Source: Vicinamibacteria bacterium
Lineage (GTDB): Bacteria; Acidobacteriota; Vicinamibacteria; Marinacidobacterales; Marinacidobacteraceae
DNA: 64,000 nucleotides
NCBI GenBank assembly: GCA_965199715.1
Contig: OZ241322.1
Coordinates: 800,001 to 864,000, forward strand
Direction of reading: 5' to 3'
This document shows positions 29,697 through 38,402 of the stretch, one piece after another. Under the pieces are notes generated by a model. It was given only the letters and a program-made list of their open reading frames with translations. It made no database searches and was not told where the DNA came from. Made by a program: the position numbers and the translations under genes. Position 1 is the first letter of the stretch; every line of letters starts with the position of its first letter.

Positions 29697-30983
29697 ATGA
29701 AGCGCATCGCCCTGTCCCTGGCGGGTCTATTCCTGCTTGCGGCGCCGCTCGGCGCCGAGACGACGGCCGACGAGGCCGCGACCATCGCGCTCGAGGCGGA
29801 AATCCGGGGCGAGATCGACTCGCTCCGCGACCGCATCGACGCCCTCGAGGAGATGCTGGTCACGCTCGTCGCGGCCCGCACCCCCGCGCCCGCTGCGCCG
29901 GCGACGGCTCCGGTCACGGCGGCCGCGCCCGCCCAGGACGAGTCGATGGGAGCGGTGCGGACCGGCGGGCAGCCGCTGTCCTTCACCGGCGTGGTGGACA
30001 CCTACTTCACCCAGAACACGAACAGTCCGGCTTCCGGCAACAACGATCTCTACTACACGAACCCGAACGCCCGGGGATTCGGGTTCAACCAGTTGAAGCT
30101 CGAGATGGAGACGACCGGCGACGGGCCGATCGGCTTCCGCAGCGACCTTTGGTTCGGTTCGGGCGCGCGCCTCTTCCGGGACGGGCTCGAGCCGGGGCCG
30201 CTCGCGGACGTGCTCTACCTCCAGCAGGCGTACGGCTACTACCGGGATTCCGGCGGCGGCCAGTTGGACGTGGGTCTGTTCGGCACCGTGGCCGGGCTCG
30301 AGGTCGCGGAGTCGCACCTCAACTGGAACTACAGCCGGGGCATCCTGTGGGCCTGGAACGAGCCGTTCTCGCACCTCGGCGCCAAGTACAGCCGCCCGGT
30401 GTCCGACACGTTCACCGGCGCCGTGCTGCTGGTCAACGGCTTCGACAACGCCTTCGACCAGAACAGCGGGAAGAGCTACGGCCTCCAGGGATCGCTCGCT
30501 CCGAGCGATGCGTTCAACACCACCCTGACGTGGATCCACGGGCCGGAGAACGAGGGGACGACGAGCGGCTGGCAGCGCGACCTGAGCTGGAACGCCTACC
30601 TCGGGATCAGCGACCGGCTGGAGACCATGGTGAACATGGACGCCATTCAGGCGGTCTCCCCGGACGGGGCGACGGCGCTCACGTGGGGACTCGGCGGCTA
30701 TCTCCGGTTCCACCTCAACGACCAGTGGCGGCTCGCCGAGCGGTTCGAGTTCATGAACGACCGCGAGGCCCGCTCCACCGGCGTCGAACAGATGCTCATG
30801 GAGAACACGATCACGCTGGAGTTCCAGCCGATCGCCGACGACGCCCGGATGCTGACCCGCTTCGAGGTGCGGCGCGACTGGTCGGACGTGGACTTCTTCG
30901 ACTGCCCGAGCTGCACCGACGGGCTCTCCAGGTCGCAGACCACGTTCACCATCGGGCTCTCGTGGGTGTTCGGTCCGAAGTAA
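29697..30983 (+). CDS. Outer-membrane beta-barrel porin-like protein with N-terminal coiled coil
   Basis: Signal peptide, 'LQQAY', 'G.EVAES..NWNYSR', amphipathic strands, C-terminal 'WVF'. Confidence 0.75.
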   Translation: MKRIALSLAGLFLLAAPLGAETTADEAATIALEAEIRGEIDSLRDRIDALEEMLVTLVAARTPAPAAPATAPVTAAAPAQDESMGAVRTGGQPLSFTGVVDTYFTQNTNSPASGNNDLYYTNPNARGFGFNQLKLEMETTGDGPIGFRSDLWFGSGARLFRDGLEPGPLADVLYLQQAYGYYRDSGGGQLDVGLFGTVAGLEVAESHLNWNYSRGILWAWNEPFSHLGAKYSRPVSDTFTGAVLLVNGFDNAFDQNSGKSYGLQGSLAPSDAFNTTLTWIHGPENEGTTSGWQRDLSWNAYLGISDRLETMVNMDAIQAVSPDGATALTWGLGGYLRFHLNDQWRLAERFEFMNDREARSTGVEQMLMENTITLEFQPIADDARMLTRFEVRRDWSDVDFFDCPSCTDGLSRSQTTFTIGLSWVFGPK

Positions 30984-30987
30984 CCGG

Positions 30988-31656
30988 TCACCCGAAGCCG
31001 CCGGTCAGGACATCGGTCACGAACCGGGCCACCTGACCGGCGACCTGCTCACGCACGGCCTCCTGAGTGCGTCCGTCGCGGTGCGCCTTCGCGACGCGGA
31101 AGCCATGGTCGGCCCCGGCGATCCGCACGACGCGCTTCCATTCGTCCCCGACCCGCTCCAGCAAGCCGGGCGGCGCGAACGGATCGCGGCCGCCACTGAG
31201 GAAGAGCGCAGGCGTCCTGATCCCGGGCAGGTGCTCGACTCGGTTCGGCGGAACGTCCGGCTTTCCGGGCGGGCGCAGCGGATAGGCGAGGAAGATCGCA
31301 CCCCGCACCGCAGGCGGCTCGGAGCTGGCGAGGACTTCCGAGACCATCCGCCCGCCGAAGGAGCGTCCGCCGAGAAAGAGCGGAGCCGGCCCGGCCAGTC
31401 CGCGAGCGACCGAAGCGATGCAGCGGGCGGCGACCGCCGGTCGATCCGGTCGGCGGCGTCCCGCCTCGGCGGCGGGCAGGTTGAACCGCACCACGCGGAA
31501 CCCGCTCCGGGCCAGCGCGAGCCCGAGCGCGACGAGTCCCGGGGTCTCCCGGTCGCCGCCCGCGCCGTGGGTGAGCGCGATCCGGGCGGCGGCGGGGCCA
31601 TCCGGCAGGTGCTCGAACGCGCTGATTCCGGCGAGCGCGAACTCGCGTCCGCTCAT
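30988..31656 (-). CDS. Alpha/beta hydrolase
   Basis: 'HGAGG', 'GGRSFGGR', 'G.RDPF', 'GADH'. Confidence 0.85.
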   Translation of the reverse strand: MSGREFALAGISAFEHLPDGPAAARIALTHGAGGDRETPGLVALGLALARSGFRVVRFNLPAAEAGRRRPDRPAVAARCIASVARGLAGPAPLFLGGRSFGGRMVSEVLASSEPPAVRGAIFLAYPLRPPGKPDVPPNRVEHLPGIRTPALFLSGGRDPFAPPGLLERVGDEWKRVVRIAGADHGFRVAKAHRDGRTQEAVREQVAGQVARFVTDVLTGGFG

Positions 31657-32429
31657 TTCCATGCGTCGGGCCTTGTGATGGATGTTCCGGGAATCGGCGA
31701 GGGAAGCTGACAGCGCCTGAGCTGGGCCCGGTGGATGTAGCGGATTCGCGTCGCGACCTCGCGTGACGGAAGCGCGGCCGGCAAGCGCCCGGGACACGCG
31801 ACCGTGATGGGCTTGCGCTCGGCGACCATGCCGATCGGCGTGACGAGATCGGTGTCGTTCGAGATCACGACCGCCTCGTCAAAACGGTCGTTCCAGAGGT
31901 CGTCCAGCAGGTACGCAGCCAGATTGACGTCCGACGCCTTCTCCTCCCGTGTTTGGAATTCGGCGACCAGGGCGTCCGGTGGGAGGGCCGTCCGGTTTGG
32001 CTTCCCTCGGGCGCCGCGGCGGGGGTGCCCACCGACGCGAAGCGTTCGGCCACGTTGCTCGTCCGGAGCGCGGACTACGTGATCTCCGGCGGGCGACACA
32101 CTCGGCGCCGGCGCATGGATCGTCTTCCCCGCCACGGGGAGATTGGTGAGCGGGCGCCAGTCTCGCTTCGCCGAGAACCGCCCCATGTGGATCGTCACTT
32201 CCGGCAGGGCGCCGAGCGCACTCAGATATGCCTGCTGGCGTCCGGGCGCTCGCGAGTCCGGATTCCCGGCGATGCGGGCCGTGAAGTACCGCACGCCCCC
32301 AACCACCGCGTCACACCAAAACAGTTCACGGGCAAGGTCCACGAGGTTCAGCCACTTGAACGGAGTGCCTCGGACCGCCCCGTAGTGCAGGTTGAACCCG
32401 TCAACGTAGACACGAACGCGCATCCCCAT
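31653..32429 (-). CDS. NYN (LabA/DUF88, PIN-fold) ribonuclease domain protein
   Basis: 'VYVDGFNL', 'YFTA', 'EEKASDVNLA', 'VISNDTDL' acidic catalytic motifs intact. Confidence 0.88.
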   Translation of the reverse strand: MGMRVRVYVDGFNLHYGAVRGTPFKWLNLVDLARELFWCDAVVGGVRYFTARIAGNPDSRAPGRQQAYLSALGALPEVTIHMGRFSAKRDWRPLTNLPVAGKTIHAPAPSVSPAGDHVVRAPDEQRGRTLRVGGHPRRGARGKPNRTALPPDALVAEFQTREEKASDVNLAAYLLDDLWNDRFDEAVVISNDTDLVTPIGMVAERKPITVACPGRLPAALPSREVATRIRYIHRAQLRRCQLPSPIPGTSITRPDAWK

Positions 32430-32469
32430 CCCGACGACTCCCGGAGCCGCACCGCAGGGCCCTCTGGAT

Positions 32470-32487
32470 TCGGCGACCGGTCGCCGA
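32470..32487. repeat. Perfect 18-bp palindrome TCGGCGACCGGTCGCCGA
   Basis: Self-complementary by inspection; lies about 40 bp upstream of the NYN start. Confidence 0.8.
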
Positions 32488-32536
32488 CGGGTGGCTACTT
32501 TTTCGAGATGGGCGCAGGAACCGGGGCGCGGTTCGT

Positions 32537-32600
32537 CCCGGAAATACGCTGGGGCCGCCCGGCTGGACGGCCCCAGTACCGACGGCGCGCCGCCGGCCGG
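32537..32600 (-). repeat. 64-bp direct repeat, copy 1 (double hairpin; candidate ncRNA)
   Basis: 58/64 identical to 32652-32715; minus-strand stems GCCGGCGG/CCGUCGGU and CUGGGGCCGUCC/GGGCGGCCCCAG. Confidence 0.85.
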
Positions 32601-32611
32601 TCAGAACATGG

Positions 32612-32639
32612 ACTCTAGCGCATCCGAGCCGCCCGTCAA
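32612..32639 (-). promoter_or_regulatory. Sigma70-like promoter TTGACG-N16-TAGAGT
   Basis: Reverse complement of actcta(32612-17)...cgtcaa(32634-39); predicted start near 32605, just before repeat copy 1. Confidence 0.65.
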
Positions 32640-32651
32640 GGAGGAAATGCG

Positions 32652-32715
32652 CCCGGAATCACGCTGGGGCGGCCCAGTTGGACGGCCCCGGTACCGACGG
32701 CGCGCCGCCGGCCGG
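32652..32715 (-). repeat. 64-bp direct repeat, copy 2
   Basis: Aligned by eye to copy 1 with 6 mismatches; 115-bp period. Confidence 0.85.
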
Positions 32716-32749
32716 AAGCCCGGCGCATCGCTCGCCTAGGCTTCCCTGA

Positions 32750-34594
32750 ATGGCCTATCGCTCGCTCGCCGCGGCCGTCGCCGACCTTGAGCGGAACCGG
32801 ATGCTCGTCCGGATTCCGAACGAGGTGGACGGCCACCTTGAAGCCGCCGAGATCCAGCGCCGGACCTACGCCGCACGCGGTCCGGCGATCCTCTTCGAGC
32901 GGGTCAAGGGATCGCCGGTTCCGTGCGTCTCCAACCTCTTCGGAACGCCGGAGCGCGCCCGCTTCCTGCTCCGGCACGGGCTTGAGAACGCCAAGGCCGC
33001 CGTGCGCTACCGGGCGAAGCCGGGCCGGGTCCTCGCCGACCTCGGCCGGCCCCGGGAGCTGCTCCGCGCCGCCAACGCGGCGGTGCACTCGCTCCCCCGC
33101 CGTCGGTTCCGACCGGCGAGTCAGGCGGTGCGGATTCCGCCGGAGGAGATTCCGGCGATCACGTCGTGGCCCGACGACGGAGGCCCGTTCATCACGCTGC
33201 CGCAGGTCTTCACCGAGGAGCCGCCCGGAGGAAAGCCGCTCCGTTCGAACCTCGGGATGTACCGGGTGCAGCTCTCCGGCAACGACTACGCCCCGGGCGA
33301 GATCGGGCTGCACTACCAGATCCACCGGGGCGTCGGGGTCCACCACACGGCGGCGCGGGAGCGCGGCGAATCGCTGCGGGTGAGCATCTTCATGGGCGGC
33401 CCGCCGGCGCACACGCTCGCCGCGATCATGCCGCTGCCGGAGGGCCTCTCCGAGCTGCTGTTCGCCGGGATGCTCGGCGGGCGGCCGTTCCGCTGGGCGC
33501 GGGACCCGGACGGCTTCCTCGTTTCGGCGGACGCCGACTTCACGATCACTGGCTGGGTGGATCCGGAGCGCACGCTCCCCGAGGGTCCGTTCGGCGACCA
33601 TCTCGGCTACTACAGCCTGACGCATCCCTTCCCGGTGCTCACGATCGGGCGCGTCCACCGCCGGAGGGACGCGATCTGGCCGTTCACGGTCGTGGGCCGG
33701 CCCCCGCAGGAGGACGCCTCGTTCGGGTCGCTCATCCACGAGATCACCGAGCCGATGGTGCCCGAGACCCTGCCCGGGGTGCATTCCGTCCACGCGGTGG
33801 ACGCCGCCGGGGTGCACCCGCTGCTGCTCGCCGTGGGCAGCGAGCGCTACGTGCCCTTCGCGGAACGGCGGCCCCGGGAGCTGTGGACCATCGCCAACGC
33901 GATCCTCGGGTTCGGGCAGTGCTCGCTCGCGAAGTACCTGTTCCTCGCCGCGAAGGAGGACGACCCGGCCCTGACCGCCTCCGACGTGCCGGCGCTCCTC
34001 GGCCACGTGCTGGAGCGCGCCGACTTCCGCACCGACCTGCACTTCCAGACCGCCACGACCATCGACACGCTCGACTACTCGGGCACGGGGCTCAACATGG
34101 GCTCCAAGCTCATCGTCGCCGGAGCCGGGCATCCGAGGCGCAAGCTCGCGAACGCGATTCCCCGCGAATACGGCGAGGCCATCCCCGAAGGGTTTCACGG
34201 CCTGCGCCTCGTGCTGCCCGGCGTCGCAGTCCTCGGCGGGCCTCCCTTCCGGGGCCGGGCCGAACGCGATCTGAGGCCGTTGTTCGAGGCGCTGGACGCG
34301 GCGCGAACCGACCTCGCCGGGATTCCGTTTCTGGTGTTGTGCGACGACCCGGGGATGGCCGCAGAAAGCCTGCGGAACCTGCTCTGGGTCGCCTTCACCC
34401 GCTCCAACCCCTCGCACGACGTCCACGGCCGCAACGCCGCCATCCGCGACAAGCACTGGTCGTGCGAGGAGCCTCTGGTGCTGGACGCCCGCCGGAAGCC
34501 CCACCACGCCCCGCCGCTGGTCGAGGATCCGGCGGTCACGCGGAAGGTGGACGCGCTCGCCGCTCCGGGAGGGCCGCTCCACGGCGTCCTGTAG
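32750..34594 (+). CDS. UbiD family decarboxylase
   Basis: 'NLGMYRVQ', 'EGPFGDHLGYY', 'GRPPQED', 'DTLDYSG'. Confidence 0.92.
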   Translation: MAYRSLAAAVADLERNRMLVRIPNEVDGHLEAAEIQRRTYAARGPAILFERVKGSPVPCVSNLFGTPERARFLLRHGLENAKAAVRYRAKPGRVLADLGRPRELLRAANAAVHSLPRRRFRPASQAVRIPPEEIPAITSWPDDGGPFITLPQVFTEEPPGGKPLRSNLGMYRVQLSGNDYAPGEIGLHYQIHRGVGVHHTAARERGESLRVSIFMGGPPAHTLAAIMPLPEGLSELLFAGMLGGRPFRWARDPDGFLVSADADFTITGWVDPERTLPEGPFGDHLGYYSLTHPFPVLTIGRVHRRRDAIWPFTVVGRPPQEDASFGSLIHEITEPMVPETLPGVHSVHAVDAAGVHPLLLAVGSERYVPFAERRPRELWTIANAILGFGQCSLAKYLFLAAKEDDPALTASDVPALLGHVLERADFRTDLHFQTATTIDTLDYSGTGLNMGSKLIVAGAGHPRRKLANAIPREYGEAIPEGFHGLRLVLPGVAVLGGPPFRGRAERDLRPLFEALDAARTDLAGIPFLVLCDDPGMAAESLRNLLWVAFTRSNPSHDVHGRNAAIRDKHWSCEEPLVLDARRKPHHAPPLVEDPAVTRKVDALAAPGGPLHGVL

Positions 34595-34687
34595 GCGCCG
34601 CGCCTCCGCACTCCGGTACGATCGGCGCCCGACTCTCGAGCGTTCCGTTCGGGATCGGTCACGCACTGTTACGGGAGGAACTCCGAC

Positions 34688-37606
34688 ATGACCAGCGCAC
34701 ACCGCTCCAGGCTTCGTGGAAATCCGCGGCGTGGCCGGCGGGGCATTTGTGCGGGGGCGGCCGTTGCGGCCGCCCTGCTGCTCGCGACTCCCGCGTTCGC
34801 CCAGTACGGGCAGATCGAGGGAACCGTCGCGGACTCCACCGGGGCCGTCCTTCCGGGCGCGACGGTCACCGCGACGAACGACGCCACCGGCGTGTCCCGT
34901 TCCGCCGTGACCGACGCGGGAGGCGGCTACCGCCTGCCGGCGCTGCTTCCCGGCGCTTGGTCGGTGACCGCCGAACTGACCGGGTTCGGCACGGTCGTCA
35001 ACCAGAGCGTCGCGCTGTCGATCCAGCAGACCATCGTCATGAACTTCGAGATGGGCCTCGCCCAGGTCGAGGAAATGGTGACCGTCACCGGCGCCGCGCC
35101 GCTTCTGGACACGCGCCGCTCCGACGTCTCGACTTCGGTCTCCGACCTCCAGATCCAGGACCTGCCGGTCGCCTCCCGGCGCTGGGTGGACCTCGCGCTG
35201 CTGACGCCGGGCACCAGCCAGGACGCCATCCGGGGCTTCTACTACCGGGGCAACGTGAACATGGGCGGCGGCGGGCGCTACTACGCCAACGGATTCATCG
35301 TGGACGGCGTGAACAACACGTGGGCCGAGATGGGCGAGGCGCGGCAGAACTTCCCCATGGACGCCATCGGCGAGTTCCAGATCACGACCAGCAACTTCAA
35401 GGCGGAGTACGGCCTCGCCACCGGCGGGCTGATGACGGTGGTGACCAAGTCGGGCACCAACAATTTCGCCGGCAGCGGGTTCTGGTTCTTCCGCGACCGG
35501 TCGCTCACCGAACTCACCTACCAGCAAAAGGAGTTCGCGGCCGACGACCCGGACTTCGAGGAGCCCGCCTACCGGCGCCACCAGTTCGGCGGCTCGCTCG
35601 GCGGCCCGATCCGGGAGGATCGCACCCACTTCTTCTTCGCCTACGAGCGGACCAACGAGGAGCTCTTCTACGACATCTCCACCGGCGGCGTGTTCCCCGA
35701 GCACGAGGGCACGTTCCCGAAGGACGAGTGGCGCTACATGTGGCTCGCCCGGATCAACCATCAGGTGAACGAGGACCACTCGGTCTGGCTGCGCGTCGCG
35801 TGGGAGAACGAGTATCGGCCGAACCTCAACGCCCGCGGGATCACCACCGAGGGATTCGACTTCGCCGTGCCCCGCAACGCGGAGGTCGTCGGATGGACGT
35901 GGGTGGCCGGCGAGGACGCCCTGAACGAGTTCCGCTTCCAGCGGGCGTTCTCCAAGTACGAGGTCAGCCCGGCGTTCAGCGCCGGCTCCTACGACGCGGG
36001 CGACTTCAGCGACGAGCGGCTGGGCCTGTGCGACGTGAACATCCGTCGCCCGAACCTCCGAACCGGCTCCTGCAACGACCAGATGGGCCCCGAGTACCGC
36101 TGGCAGTTCAAGGACGACCTGACCCTGTTCCGGCAGGGGTTCGGCGGAACCCACCAGCTCAAGCTCGGCTTCGACTACAACTGGATCGACTTCTCCGCGG
36201 ACATCGTGAACAACTACGCGGGGACGTTCACCTTCGACACGAACGCGCCCTTCGACACGAACGACCCGGACACCTACCCGATCCAGTACTCCCAGTCGCA
36301 GCCGCGCTACGACGAGGTGCCCGTCCACCACTTCTCGGTGTACGCGCAGGACGACTGGGTGAGCGACCGGCTCACCCTGAACCTCGGACTCCGCTACGAC
36401 CTCCAGTCGGGCACGTTCAACGAGGACATCACCTCGATCCAGTTCCCGATCCCGGTGCCCTTCCACGACGGGGCCGACCGCCGCGGCGACCTGAACAACC
36501 TGGGTCCCCGCATCGGGTTCGTCTATGACCTTTCGCGCGAGGGGACCGGGCGCACGACGGTGAAGGGCGGCTACGGCAAGTTCTTCGAGAACATCCGGAC
36601 GCTGACCAACTTCGGCGAGCGGTGGTGGCACCAGGCCTCGACGATCATCATCAACGACCCGGACTTCCTCGACCCGCTCGGCGGCCGTTCCCGCGAGGAG
36701 TACCTCTCGACCGCGGCTCCCAACATCACGATCCTCGACAACGACTACGAGCAGCCGTACGCCCACCACTTCAACGTGGGCGTGGCCCATCAACTGGGCG
36801 AGACCGCCGCGCTGTCGCTGGACCTGACCCGGGTCATGACCCGCGCCGACGCGATGCGACGCGTGAACCTCAACTACGCCATCGACGGCGTGCGTCCGTA
36901 TCCGCAGTTCCGCCGGGTGGACGCCACGTACTCGCTGCTCGACCACGACTACTCGGCGTTCTACGCCAAGTTCGAGAAGCGGTACTCCGACAACTGGCAG
37001 TTCCTCGTGAGCTACACGCTCGCCAAGTCGGACTCGACCGAGCTGTGGACCCGCAACACGAACCCGAGCGGCTGGCATCCGGAGTTCCCGGGGTACACCG
37101 AGGTGACCCGCCCCGGCGACACCGACCGCCGGCATCGGCTCGTGTCCAGCGGCATCCTCACGCTTCCGGGCGACATCCGGCTCTCGGCGATCCTCGACTA
37201 CCGCTCGCCGCTTCCGGTGCGGGTGGACTCGGGAACCAACCTGAACGGCGACGACTACGGCGGCGACCTCGCTCCGGGGTTCTCCGCGGACAACGCCTAC
37301 GGCTGCCGCAACCTCGACCTCTCGGCGGCGAACGCCTATCGGCAGTCCATCGGGCAGGCGGCGGCCAGCGGCTTCGAGTGCTCCAACTTCCTGAACGTGG
37401 ACTTCCGCGCCTCGTGGGGCATGTATCTCGGGATCCACCGCTTCGAGGTGGTGGCGCAGGCGCTGAACGTGTTCGACCGGGCGAACTTCGACACGCCGGT
37501 CGGCAACCTGCGTTCCGGGAGCTTCGGCGAGAACGACCTGTCGCTGGCCTCGAACATCAACGCGCCGTCCCGCCAGTTCGAGCTGGCGCTGCGCTACTCG
37601 TTCTGA
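34688..37606 (+). CDS. TonB-dependent receptor (Oar-like, carboxypeptidase-regulatory N-domain)
   Basis: 'G.VADSTGAVLPGATV', 'DAIGEF', 'TKSGTN', 'LNLGLRYD', C-terminal 'RYSF'; GGAGG SD. Confidence 0.92.
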   Translation: MTSAHRSRLRGNPRRGRRGICAGAAVAAALLLATPAFAQYGQIEGTVADSTGAVLPGATVTATNDATGVSRSAVTDAGGGYRLPALLPGAWSVTAELTGFGTVVNQSVALSIQQTIVMNFEMGLAQVEEMVTVTGAAPLLDTRRSDVSTSVSDLQIQDLPVASRRWVDLALLTPGTSQDAIRGFYYRGNVNMGGGGRYYANGFIVDGVNNTWAEMGEARQNFPMDAIGEFQITTSNFKAEYGLATGGLMTVVTKSGTNNFAGSGFWFFRDRSLTELTYQQKEFAADDPDFEEPAYRRHQFGGSLGGPIREDRTHFFFAYERTNEELFYDISTGGVFPEHEGTFPKDEWRYMWLARINHQVNEDHSVWLRVAWENEYRPNLNARGITTEGFDFAVPRNAEVVGWTWVAGEDALNEFRFQRAFSKYEVSPAFSAGSYDAGDFSDERLGLCDVNIRRPNLRTGSCNDQMGPEYRWQFKDDLTLFRQGFGGTHQLKLGFDYNWIDFSADIVNNYAGTFTFDTNAPFDTNDPDTYPIQYSQSQPRYDEVPVHHFSVYAQDDWVSDRLTLNLGLRYDLQSGTFNEDITSIQFPIPVPFHDGADRRGDLNNLGPRIGFVYDLSREGTGRTTVKGGYGKFFENIRTLTNFGERWWHQASTIIINDPDFLDPLGGRSREEYLSTAAPNITILDNDYEQPYAHHFNVGVAHQLGETAALSLDLTRVMTRADAMRRVNLNYAIDGVRPYPQFRRVDATYSLLDHDYSAFYAKFEKRYSDNWQFLVSYTLAKSDSTELWTRNTNPSGWHPEFPGYTEVTRPGDTDRRHRLVSSGILTLPGDIRLSAILDYRSPLPVRVDSGTNLNGDDYGGDLAPGFSADNAYGCRNLDLSAANAYRQSIGQAAASGFECSNFLNVDFRASWGMYLGIHRFEVVAQALNVFDRANFDTPVGNLRSGSFGENDLSLASNINAPSRQFELALRYSF

Positions 37607-38019
37607 GCCGGCGCGCAGGGCGCCTCGATTCCGATCGGGGCGCCCTCGCCGAACCGGGCGCTGTCCGAGCGCTTGACGTACCACTCCCAGCGCGCCCCGT
37701 CGGGGTCGGTCACCCACGTCTCGGTCTTGCCGGCGTAGCAGCAGGCGGCGTCCTCGACCGAGGTCGGGGCGAGCCCCTCGCGCTGGAGCCGCGCCTCCGC
37801 CTCGACGACCTCCTCGCCCGTACCGACCTCGACGCCGAGATGGTTGATGGTGGCGCCCTCGGACCCCTCGAACAGCACGAGCTTCAGCGGCGGGTTCGCG
37901 ATGGCGAAGTTGGCGTAGCCGGGCTTCACCTTGGCGGGGGGCGTGTCGAACATCCGCGAGTAGAAGTCGATGGCCTGCTCGAGGTCGGTCACGTTCAGGG
38001 CGAGCTGGAGTCGGGACAT
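37594..38019 (-). CDS. ArsI/CadI family VOC metalloenzyme
   Basis: 'QLALNV', 'KPGYANF', 'NHLGVEV', 'CCYA', 'DPDG.RWEWY'. Confidence 0.88.
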   Translation of the reverse strand: MSRLQLALNVTDLEQAIDFYSRMFDTPPAKVKPGYANFAIANPPLKLVLFEGSEGATINHLGVEVGTGEEVVEAEARLQREGLAPTSVEDAACCYAGKTETWVTDPDGARWEWYVKRSDSARFGEGAPIGIEAPCAPAQNE

Positions 38020-38321
38020 GGGGATTCCTCCGTGGGAGCCGCCGAGCAACACTCGGCGGTCAGAAAGGTCAGGAGCCGGTTCATCAGCGCGAAGTCCGGG
38101 CGGGTGCGCACCTCGCGCCCCCGCTGCTCCTGCGTGACGAGCCCCGCCCGGCGGAGCGCGTCGAGATGGAAGGCGACGGTGGAAGGCGGCGCGCCGGCGG
38201 AACGCACGAGCGCGCCGACGGTCAGGCCGGCGGGACCCGAACGCACGAGCGCCCGGTAGAGCCCGAGCCGGGTCGGGTTCCCGAGCGCGCCGAGGCTGCG
38301 CGCCGCGTCTTCCGGGGTCAC
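37995..38321 (-). CDS. arsR: ArsR/SmtB transcriptional repressor (C-terminal CC type)
   Basis: 'ALGNPTRL', 'STVAFHL..L..AGLV', 'FLTAECC'; start GTG 38321 or 38324. Confidence 0.85.
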   Translation of the reverse strand: MTPEDAARSLGALGNPTRLGLYRALVRSGPAGLTVGALVRSAGAPPSTVAFHLDALRRAGLVTQEQRGREVRTRPDFALMNRLLTFLTAECCSAAPTEESPCPDSSSP

Positions 38322-38327
38322 CACATA

Positions 38328-38349
38328 ACTATATCACTGGTTATATCGT
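38328..38349 (-). promoter_or_regulatory. -10 box TATAGT within an imperfect palindrome (putative ArsR operator)
   Basis: ACTATATCACTGGTTATATCGT matches its reverse complement at 16/22 positions; AT-rich patch directly upstream of arsR. Confidence 0.55.
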
Positions 38350-38402
38350 CCTCGTCAGAACCTGACGCGCTCTCCAGAGGATCAGCCGTACACTCGCCAA
38401 CC

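Noticed and set aside
32537-32715. CRISPR mini-array or integron attC interpretation of the 64-bp repeats
   Set aside because: Only two copies, longer than CRISPR repeats; the intervening sequence is a promoter; no cas or intI gene; no RYYYAAC/GTTRRRY ends
32636-37717. Very long ORFs such as 32636-37717 (-), 52286-56698 (-), 15671-18775 (+), 44741-48094 (+)
   Set aside because: Antisense or alternate-frame shadows of real genes, expected at this GC content; Arg/Gly/Pro-rich with no family motifs
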